64,000 nt of DNA from Takakia lepidozioides (Eukaryota; Plantae; Bryophyta), in the NCBI GenBank assembly GCA_030704615.1, contig CM060734.1:53630001-53694000 (forward strand), in the 5' to 3' direction. Shown in pieces: positions 45,642 through 55,703 of the stretch. Position 1 is the stretch's first letter; every line of letters begins with the position of its first letter. Position numbers and translations under genes: made by a program. The notes beneath the pieces are model-generated. The model did no database searches. It was given only the letters and a program-made list of their open reading frames with translations, and was not told the DNA's origin.

Positions 45642-48100
45642 ATGAGCAGCACTGCAGCGATGGCGCTGCGCCCATCTCCTGCTTCTTATGTCACTGTTGA
45701 GCCTTGCAGGCTCTCATGCACGCGTAGCTACAGCTTCTTCAACGGTGGCTGCAGACTTGCTACTCGCGCTCCGGCTCTCCGCTGCACGTTTGCTCCTCGG
45801 CTGCGAGTCAATGCAGCTAAGGTAAAGCGCACACACACACACTCCTCTCTCTCTGTCTCTCTCTCTGTTGTGGAGGTTTGTTAGACCTGTTGTATTTCTG
45901 GGGTGGTAGGAAGGGATTTGTAGAAGAGAGCCTGAAATGATGGACTTTTATGGGTGTGTGAGAGAGTAAGAGGAGTGGCTTTCTGGATATTGATTGTATG
46001 CATGATGATAAGGACGGAAAAAGGCTGATACCAACGAGGCTTCTGGGTTACGTCTAGCTTCAAATTTCCTACTCCTTCGCGCGCCCATGTCCAGTCATGA
46101 AGCTTGAATGGCAGCGATGGGGTGCAATGCAGGGACATCGTAGGATAACAATTCTATTAAGAGGGGCTAACCATGGAATTTCATGTGTTGAAAGGCAAAC
46201 AGAGCAGTCCTTTATGGAGGTGTCTGTGGGTGCAGGGTGACTCTGAGAGAACTTATGTAATGGTGAAACCAGATGGTGTGCAACGTGGCCTTGTATGCTC
46301 CTTTATCCCTTTGTTGTACTGTTTGCAAATGTAGCTCATATTTCTTTATTTCCTGTTGCCCGTGTACAGGGTTGAAACGTACACACATCAAGACTTCAAA
46401 GTTCTGTTTCTGTCTCCACAAGCAGTGCGTCAAAGGATGGATCAACGCCAAATTTTGAGATTGTTGTTAGGGTTGAACCGCATGGACAGACACCAGAGTA
46501 CATAGATTAGAATTTACAAGCTAGAGCATATGAGTCATACACAGTAATGTGACACTAGCCAAAGCCCCAATGCTTCCTATGTGTTCATGCCACATGTATC
46601 ATTAAGGACCTCTTCTCTTGTGTGAAACAATAGGCAGCATGAACATGGATATTGCTCTGGCATTCGACAGCTTAGGTATGGGTGTTGGCAGGTGGGGGAC
46701 ATCATTTCTAGGTTTGAGCGCAAGGGGTTTGTGCTGAAAGGCTTGAAGCTCTTCCAAACCCCAACGGAGCTTGCAGAGGTATGGTTCCAATCATGCCTGC
46801 CAAGTTATTGAAAGGGGAAATCAACACAGTATCCCAAGGGTCAGACTTTCGGACCCCAACTGAGCTAGACTTTGCTCCTCTCTGCTGTGTTACCAAGACA
46901 TATAAGCATGTATAGAGACAATCACAGATGCCACAATGTAGAGTAAACGTGGACACCTCCTTGCCCTTATCTATGAATTCATCGTCAAGAAGCAAGATCA
47001 CAGACCGAACAAAGCTGTGATCTGGGAAGAAAACTAACTAACTAGGCATGTGAGTATGGAACAGGTTGTCATTATGGTATTTGGGGCTTCATGCACACAA
47101 GAGAAGAGCCTGGTTTTCCCCTGGTTGTTGTTGTTGTTGTTGTTGAGTGTGTTTTTGGATGACTGCAGGAGCATTACTCAGAGTTGAAGGAGCAGCCCTT
47201 CTACCCGAAGCTGATAAACTACATTGTGTCTGGGCCTGTGGTGTGCATGGTTTGTGTCCATCCATTTGCCCTGAACTTGCAGGGTTGCCATTGAACATTT
47301 TTTGATATCGACTTGAAAGCTTTGGATCAGTCTAGTCCCTTGACCTCATTCAACCACTGGTGGCCGTCAGCTCGTGGATTTTCCTAAAAGTGTCTAGTAA
47401 CAGGTCTTCATTGCCACATTGTTGGGACACATCACTCAAGGGCGAAATGGATGGGTGGCAGGCCTGGGAAGGACCAGGTGTGGTGGCATCAGCTCGGAAG
47501 CTTATTGGTGTCACCAACCCACTGAAAGCTGAGCCCGGCACTATCCGTGGAGATTTTGCTATTGAAGTTGGACGGTGAGAATGGATTGTAGCACTACTTG
47601 TCTAGTCTCTGGATTGCTGTCCCTTGCACCAGGAGGGATGCACAGTCTGTCGAACAACTCTGCTTTCTATGCTTTGGTGTGACTTATATCAGTCTGCCCA
47701 TTCTTGGCCTGAGGTTGAAAGTGTGAATGATCGTTATGTTGGCAGGAATGTGGTGCATGGAAGCGACAGTCCTGAGAATGGCAATCGTGAAGTTGGTAAA
47801 TCTCCCATTCTCATAATCTTGTGTTGGTCCTCGTCAGTTTCCTCAAATTGGACCTCAAGGCTGAACCATATGGTGTTTCTCCGTAGCTGCATGTGCTCTT
47901 GTTGGTGGTATTTCTCTGGTTACTTGCTCCCCTTCTCTTCTTCCCTCCTCTTCATCTCCCCCTGTGCAAGGCGAGAGGTGATAAGAGGTGGTGATTGTCT
48001 TGAGACTGACATTCAGTGGCACCTGGATGCAGCATTGTGGTTCAAAGAGGGCGAATTGGTCGAGTGGGAGCAGCTAATCACACCTTGGCTACGCGAGTGA
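45642..48100 (+). CDS. NDPK2: Nucleoside diphosphate kinase, plastid type (NDPK2); 7 exons
   Basis: A Ser/Ala/Arg-rich transit peptide, then [16 protein letters not shown] | [13 protein letters not shown] | EHY...PF | [29 protein letters not shown] | [12 protein letters not shown] | LWFKEGEL..W....PWLRE*. Confidence 0.95.
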
Positions 48101-49208
48101 AGTTCCTCACATTTCTGTCTGCAAGCTGATTTTGCAACTTTCATCTGCTTGAGATTATTTTTGCAGTGAGTATGAAGCATTGCTTGGAGGCATAGCAAAC
48201 TGCATCACAGGTCTCTACTGAAAGATACCACATGAGATCCAATGCAGTCAAATTTTGCAACTTCCCTATGGAGTCTTGCAGTTTTATCGGATGTTGCATA
48301 GCGTCAACAACTGTAGCCTTGACAAATCCCTAAGAGTCTTTGATAGATTCTTAATTGAAGCACATTGGAAGAGATTCAAACGCAGTTAAATTTTACAACT
48401 TTCCTTATAGAATTTGGTAGTTTCCTCGCATGATCAAGCTATCCCCAAGAGTATCTAATAGACTCTCTATTGCATGACATCAAATGAGATCCAACGTATT
48501 CAAATTTGCAACTTTCCGAGTGATCTCTTTACATCACTGCAACCATAGAGCTTGAATGTGTGAGGGGAGTAGTTTGAGGGCTTAGCCCGAACACCAAGGG
48601 GGCCGAGGTGGGGGGGGACTTCCTTTGCGAAAAGACATAGGGAGTTATTTCCTGCGGCGGATGGCTGAGATCTCTTAAGATCGCAGTGGATAGCTGAGAT
48701 CCCTAGAACTAATATGTTCACTGTTTTCAGGTGTCATTGCTCCTACAGATTTATGGATCACAACAGTATTTTGCTTGGTATAACAAATGAAACGGCTCCA
48801 AAGAAATGGATACATCCTGCACAATATAACCCTGAAAGGTCTACCTTCCAATCTTCTATACCCCTTTCGACAAAAACAAATGAAGGTCACCGAAAACACA
48901 GTAGGGGAAGACATCAATCTTTAGTCTGTAGTACAAATGAGCTCGGCTCTGGTAAGACAGCACACACAGCTTGAGAGAAAATCATGGCAGGAGAAGCGGA
49001 GAAGCAGTGGATAGGATGGCTAAATCGCCTATTCCTAACAAGGAGCAACCTCATGAAAATGGAAACAAATTTCAATTTTTAGTGCTAGGCTATGTGATGT
49101 CATGCTGGGATGCCTCTCAACCAACAAAGACTTCCAGGTCGCACTATGCAATGTCTGCCTATTGGTGTATCCTCTCACTAGACATGACGTGCTTGCAGGT
49201 CAAATAAA

Positions 49209-52172
49209 TCATTGACATATTGTCAAGTCATGTGCAACAAGCCGAAAGCCAGCACCACCTTGGAAGTCGTAGACATCAAGTCCACATACCACATCTACCC
49301 TACACCCTGAAGGTACCTTGCTCCGGAATACCACTGGATCCACTGCATCCAGGCCCAGACTTCTTGTCCCTGCTGCATTTTTGTGAGAAAATCTGGTGGT
49401 GTAGCAAGCAGATTCTCCTGTGCCTGTGGTACCAATCCTGTAATCAGCCCCCATTCAAACCAATTGTATTTTAGATCCATCTTCGCCAAATTATGGAAAA
49501 TGATGGTTGATGCATATTAAGCCAGAAGGATTTATCCGCAACCTTATGCACAGTAAACAAGTGCTATACACAACCAGTCCCAGCAGATGTGAAACCAGCT
49601 GACACAATCTAGCATGAGGAGAGAAAAGTACCTGAGGCGAATTGCATGAACTCCACCCTCCCTCCAGATGGTTGTCGGCCTCCAGAGAGAGTGCCCACCC
49701 ATTGCTGCATACTTGCTGTGAACAAGAGTTTCCAATGTAAGAAGTAAGCTGCAAATTTCCTGAGATGGCTCGATGACAACGTTGAACGTTGGTTTGCCCA
49801 TCTTGTCAAAAGCATAGGTCTCACTGACACTGTATCTCATTGTGGCACTGGGCTCATACAATCGCAAAGGTAGCCCATCATACAACACTATTGGAATCTG
49901 CTGACCCCATGAGCTTGGTCCCTCTTCCACATTAAGTAAGCATGCACGGACCTCCTTTGGTGACAAGCATGCATGCCCCCTGTTTCTGTCTTCACTGGAT
50001 GACAGCAGAGTCCTCTCCAGCATTCTAGTCTCTGCTATTGTTGCACTCCAAGAGGACTTACAACCATGGAGGATACAGCTGCGTGCTGCTACCCACTCCT
50101 CCGATGTTGATGTGGTTGAAGAAGATACACTTTGAAATACTTGGCAGGGTGCATCTCCACCATCACTGCCTCTATCCAGGCTTTTCACAAAGCACGAGTC
50201 TTCTTGTTCGATTGGTCCACACCCATTTCCTTCCAAGTCCCACCCACACCCATTGATAGCGTCACCAAGCTCAGACCCCATCACCTTGACAACCTCTTCC
50301 AGTCTTTCAGATAATGCATGATGATCAAAGACATCCTTTGATTCAGAAAAATCAACAGGAATAGTGTCCTGATTACTGTTCATAAACTCATTGATGAGGG
50401 ACTGCATGGATGCCATATTTGTTACGGAGTCTTGAGCCATTACAGCAGAATGAATTGCATTATCAGATAAGCACAAATCAGAGAGAGAAACTGTTGTTTG
50501 AGGATCTTCCAGTAACACATGAGAGCTGCTTGCAGACCGGGGCTTTGAAAAAAGTTGGCCTGAAGAAGAAACACCGGGCATAGCCAGACTTGCACCAGTG
50601 AAGATAGCTGGAAACTTAGCCTCCTGCAGAGCAAGAGTCAATTTAGAAACTTGTACATAGGCACTCTCCCATCAAACCCCTGCAAGATTTATGACATATC
50701 TTGCTAGACATTGTGTGGGAACCTCAACAACCTCTACAGTCGCCATGCCCCTCCCACCCGTCACTTTAAGTGCAGAAAAGCTTCACTACGAATCGAAGTA
50801 GAGGTAGAAGAATAGACAAATGGAAACAAACAAGCACAAGGACAGGTAGAAGTTGCTTACAAGGAACAACAAGGTGGCACATGATCTCAAAATTTGAAAA
50901 TTCATCCGTGCGTCTCCTATGCTCCTGTTTCACATGGCGGTTAAGGCAATGTGGGCCAAGTTACTGGACAGATATTGGCGCTGGGTGGAAAATAATCTTT
51001 ATTACCACTGGCTGCAAGTTGAGAGTACTGATGCTGCTGCCAAACATTCCACCTTCCCGAAAACATCTTGCTTGTGCAGACAAAGCACACTTTCTAGATG
51101 GTGAGTTCGTCACAAACACGTGTTTGTTATTTGTGCATATCTGGCCACCAAAGTCCCTGTTGCTTCATTTTACTTTATGGATCTGAGTATCATTCTAAAA
51201 GTGAGTCAATGGAAGCCATATTTGTCATGTGTCACTGCAAGCACTATGACTTGTGTGAGAAGGAAAATTGGTTCATGACTTTGCCTCGAGAATCAAATAT
51301 AATATAAGTGGATCCACATCCAAGTGTCAGTATCATGAGTCCTTCCCAGCTTGTTATCTGGCACTGTGACCCTTCCCTGTGAGGCCTCTACTGTCTTGTC
51401 AGGTGCTATCTTGGTGACGACAAGCCAAATAGAAACGTAGAAATGAAGCTAGAAATCCCACCCATACCTGTGTACCTGCTCTCCAAGGCCGCAGTAGGAG
51501 GCCAGACTATCCATCTGCAAATTACAACTCACATATTCAGCACAAAGCCCCGTTGATGAGCTGATGGCTTACCCGATGGTTCACACTTGGCAAAGGCTTT
51601 ACCTTCATATTACCAGCTCGATTTCCAAAAGTGGATTTCAGTAGGGGCAATGTATCTATCACTTGCACAGGCTCCGGAGCTGATTGCCCAACTTCAGCAA
51701 ACGCTTCTCGGATCCTCGGAATGTCAAACCTTAAGATGTTGTGCCCTGCCCACACTTGACCTGCACAAATCACATACCAACCGCACAACGGAAAGTCACT
51801 AAAACATTTTTCATCTAGGAAATTTCTACTCGTTGCCTGATATCACTCACCATATCTCTTGCTGCAACGGGCGCTCTGTTAAAGCAAGAGATACTGACCA
51901 TCGAGCAACTCGTATATTTTCCCAGCGATCTCTGAGAAAAGCGGTGCGTCCGCCACATCCTTCTTGGTAATGCCATTGCAACCCACGCTTCGACTCGAGA
52001 TGGCAGAGAGGGATGATGGCTGCACGAATGTGGAGTACGAATCCAGCTCCACTAAACCTTTCACAGACACCACTACGGCTCCAAACTCCAGAAGCTCAAA
52101 TTTCTGGCCTTTCTTTGTGGGTATTGTCGTCTCTACATCCAGGAACACGATTGCAACGGGCCCCATTTGCAT
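49209..52172 (-). CDS. NEN-type (NAC45/86-dependent exonuclease-domain) DEDDh 3'-5' exonuclease; 6 exons
   Basis: IVFLDVETTIP...LLEFGAVVV...SYSTFVQP..SVGCNGIT | VWAGHNILRFDIPRIREAF...IDTLPLL...FGNRAGNMK | MDSLASYCGLGEQVHR | SIGDARMNFQILRSCATLLFL | long middle exon | ...LDVYDFQGGAGFRLVAH. This architecture is characteristic of plant NEN1-4. Confidence 0.9.
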
Positions 52173-52259
52173 AGAGCTCGGCAGCGTGCAGCATCAACCA
52201 GCTGAATTCGTGAGCCTTTCTAAAAGCCCACCTCCCCTTCCTCCCCAAGAGAAGAAGAA

Positions 52260-52410
52260 GGACCCAATCCCGCGTATGACCCATACCTGCGGTTCGGCCG
52301 ACATGGATCGGTTCCTCAACGTGAGTATAAAAACCCACCGTTGTGCATCAGCGCGGAGAGGGTTTGCACCCTCACCCGCTCAGCGCGGACTGCCTGTTAC
52401 TATGGCAGTC
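52260..52410 (-). ncRNA. Candidate Fanzor omegaRNA scaffold (structured tract after the Fanzor stop codon)
   Basis: Consecutive hairpins on the minus strand: GACTGCC-9nt-GGCAGTC (52388-52410); GCGG.GAGGGT-GCAA-ACCCTC.CCGC (52353-52379); CAAC.GTGGGT-TTTTAT-ACTCAC-GTTG (52317-52343); a multi-stem including CCGC.GTATG-GGT-CATAC-GCGG (52260-52315). Position matches known Fanzor/TnpB omegaRNAs. Confidence 0.55.
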
Positions 52411-55400
52411 TTAATGAGATGTGTGGCCGGGCACGTCCCTCTCCGGCCTCTTCGCCCTGCAGAATGCCGGGTGGCGAGGCCGGGAGTCCCGCATTTCCAA
52501 GAACCGGTGCATGATGTTGTCCCAACCCAGCCTGCTATCGGACTACATGGAACCGAGACGCCAACGCAGCCGCGTATGAACTGCGACGCCCAATCTTTCC
52601 CGGGAATCGGCACTGGGGCATGGTCGCCATCATTTCGCTGCAACCGCAACATAGTTGGCTAGTTCGAAACTCGTCCACCATCAACATCTCGCTTGTCTTC
52701 TCCCATATCTTCTTCTGCAACTTGGAGGTTGGTGTGCTCTCCGTCCCAGGGCTGTTGTGCGCGAAAGAGGCGTTCCCAAAGGCCACCACTGTCGTCGGGT
52801 CGTTTACCGTCCGACTCACCTCCCTCGCAAGCGTCGCGTAGGCCCGTTCCGTCTTTATCCATGTCGCCCACCTCAACTCTCATTTGTTCACCACGTAGAA
52901 CTCGTTCAGTGCCCGGAGATGTGTCAGCACCGACGCCGCGTATAGGCTATACCCCGCTACAGTCGCCACCTTAGCAGAGATGGTGTTGACCCTCGAATTG
53001 AACTGCGTCATGGCTTCGTTCCTGGCCATCCACCTCTTCGTCAGCTTGGCCTGCCGCCGGTATCCGCACATGGTGTAGAACCGCGCCTTGCTGCAACGGA
53101 TCACTTGGAACCGGTCCCCTTGGCCCACCCACGGCTCGTTCAGCGCGGCCTCTGCTTTGGGCGAGTACACCACTCCCGTGTAGAGGTATTTTCGGCCCGG
53201 GTCGATGGACACGACTCGTTTAGGCAATGGCACGTGGGTGTGCGGAGTCGGTTTGGGCATTTCCTTTTTCTTGCGTCCTTTCACCTGCGGAAAAACAAGA
53301 CCAACGTCCGTTTAAAAAAACGTCAGTCTACAAGATGGTTTCCCTCAACTAAAGAGACGACATGCATGTCCACTCCCAATCAAACTACCTCAGAAACAAT
53401 ATTAAGCTTTTACTCCAATACATTTCCCAAACCAAAAGAGAAGCTCTCGCGTATCCAACGCCTTAAATGGGGTCTTTCACTAAACAAGGTTGTGGCGCCT
53501 GGAGGCACTCGACCACACATGTTTGCAGGGGGTATATACGGTCATAAACCATTCTGTTGTAGACATCGACCCCAACAGATCATGTTGCCATGTTTCTAAC
53601 CTTCAGCTAAAACCGATTTCGATTCATAGAAACGTCAGATAAATAACTCATCTAAGGCGACGAGCCTCGCTTTCGGGTTCAAGGAGGGTGGGAATATCGC
53701 CTTCCCGCACATGGCCCTTGACATTGCACATAATAAGACGATGTTGGTCGTCCAACAAGTTCACCTGCATTTGCGTCACGAGCCGGTACGCCCGATCACT
53801 AAAGACAATAAAAAACAAACATGGCGAATGAAGCAGTTGTCTTACTCTGGCTGTGACTGCAGGTTGGCGTCGGGCGCGAGCCCGACAACACACTGACCGC
53901 AACCCCGTCAGTGGTTATAAAATTCTGAAACTTGAGTCCTCTTCCAGGTCGTTCAAACTTCCGGTCGATTTTGAAAAAGTTGTTCCATCCCAACAAAATC
54001 CATAATTGGTAAAACGAAATGAACACGAACTTGGGGCATATGTCATCAATGGACACGACGACGATGGGAGCACGAGTGACCTCCCGTCGTTCCGCACGTG
54101 CGGCATACACCTGATGACCGCTGGTCACTGATTCCTCCTCTAGTACCCCACTTGCTTCCCCCTCCCCGAAAAACACAAGCAGGATTCGGGGGCAGACTTA
54201 CAATCTCCACAGTTCGTCGTCGCTCATGCTTTCTAGACCAGGATGATTCTGCACTATCGGTGTTGCCTTTGTCGCAAACGACCGCAAGATGGTGTTGGTG
54301 ATGGCTAACTGGACTGGCCTGACGCGCTTTTGCGGTAGGAGTGAGAAGAGCCGGAGCCCTTTGAGCTTCCTCGAATATGTCGGGCGCCGTCTCGGATGCA
54401 GCCTGTTGGCGTTGGCCATATCCTCGTGGTATGCACTGAGGTCTTGCAGGATTTTCCATGTTGTTGTGAGGTAGTCCTGCTTCTTTAGGTCGAGCGGCAA
54501 CAGTTCTCCAGGAAGAAGGTTGGTTATGATGAGGTGGCATATGTGGACCAGACTCTCAATCTGTCCGACATCCATATCTCGGAGCGTGGTGTACCGCGCC
54601 TTGCACGAAAGAATCGACGCCTCCGCGGATCCGTGCTCGTGGGCAAGTGTGGCCTTAATCACCAAGGAGACGGCGGCGCGGATGCTTTTGGTGTGGAAGG
54701 AAACATTGGATTTTGACACCATCATTCTTGCCCATTTCCGGAGGCAGGGAACCAAATTGACGGCGAGGGAGGTCTTGAAGTTGTCATGCATCTCATCGGC
54801 TAGCATGTCGGTGAGGTGAGTCCAGTGAGGCTTGCGCATCAGTTTTGTGTATCCTACCGGCCGGAGCAACTTGAACCGAACGTATGATGTGATGATTTCG
54901 GGGTCCTTGTTTTGGAGGAGCCTCCCGTCGTTCAGGACGGCACACACTGCCCGGTTGAAAAACGCCGACTTGCGTTGTAAGCCGTCGGGGAGGGCCAATC
55001 CTTCTGCAAGACATTTGATGATATGGTGCGACGCGAACAGAGATGCTTCCACAGCCAGCGGCGTCAATTCCTTGACAGTTTCCTCCACAACTTTTCTCAT
55101 GGCGTCCCTCAGGCAGAAGCTTTTGCTGAAGCTGACCCCCTTTTGACGGCGCGCTGCTGTTTCCTCTGGCTCAAAGCCGTCGATGGCACGGCTGGCTGAG
55201 GACCTGCTAGGCCGTTGGATATCGTGTTGCGCTCGCCGGGTGGAAGAACTGCAATTCTGATGGCCTTTGGTGGCAGGGTGTCGTTGATGACCGGTTGACG
55301 AAACACCGTTTCTTAGAGGAATCGGTCTGTGTAGTCTTGGACGCGGCTGGACGTTTCCTCCCGGCCCGCGGAACACCGGCTTCTGTCGGACTGGACAGAT

Positions 55401-55480
55401 TGGGACTGTCTTCAATCTTTTGTTGTTTCTTTCCTAGTAACTTCCGTCTTGATAATTTGCTGCAATCCACTAACGTCAAT
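52411..55480 (-). pseudogene. Fanzor1 (eukaryotic TnpB-like RNA-guided RuvC nuclease), intron-containing, inactivated
   Basis: N-terminal helical region (SKSFCLRDAMRKVVEETVKELTPLAVEASLFASHHI), [20 protein letters not shown], RuvC-I RVVSIDPGRK, VVAFGNASF, RuvC-II+ZnF VDEFRTSQLCCGC, RuvC-III WNRDANAA (inverted, 52515-52571), and C-terminal NIMHRFLEMRDSRPRHPAFCR. Lesions include an in-frame TGA at 52880-52882 and a frameshift near 53885. The 5' boundary is approximate. Confidence 0.88.
53648..53799 (-). pseudogene. RPS28: Ribosomal protein eS28 (RPS28) gene fragment inside the Fanzor intron
   Basis: VIGRTGS, a small frameshifting deletion, then [43 protein letters not shown]. This matches the eS28 C-terminus (…[25 protein letters not shown]). 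Confidence 0.9.
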
Positions 55481-55481
55481 G

Positions 55482-55703
55482 AAGCATCGTGTGGCGGCAG
55501 ATTTGGAAATTGATCCGCATCGTCGGATTCGGTGGGACATCTCCGTGTACAATGCCGTTCTAGTGTCGTTGAATTCGGTGTTTCTGTCCGACGTAGGTGT
55601 GAATGCGTTGATCGTTGTTTGCGTGGCGATGTTGGAAAGCCAAGTACAAACGTCCACGGAGCATCGCGTGACGGCGGATTTTGAAATTGATCCGCGTCGT
55701 CGG
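55482..55703. repeat. ~44-bp imperfect direct repeat upstream of the Fanzor ORF
   Basis: AGCATCGTGTGGCGGCAGATTTGGAAATTGATCCGCATCGTCGG (~55482-55525) versus AGCATCGCGTGACGGCGGATTTTGAAATTGATCCGCGTCGTCGG (~55660-55703). Confidence 0.75.

Noticed and set aside
51964-52662. 232-aa plus-strand ORF
   Set aside because: It is the antisense shadow of NEN exon 1 and the Fanzor 3' end. It is not in the frame of the inverted WNRDANAA segment and has no recognisable domain.
52411-55480. Functional Fanzor nuclease from this copy
   Set aside because: In-frame TGA at 52880, a frameshift near 53885, no clear acceptor for the intron starting at 54201, and an inverted RuvC-III segment.
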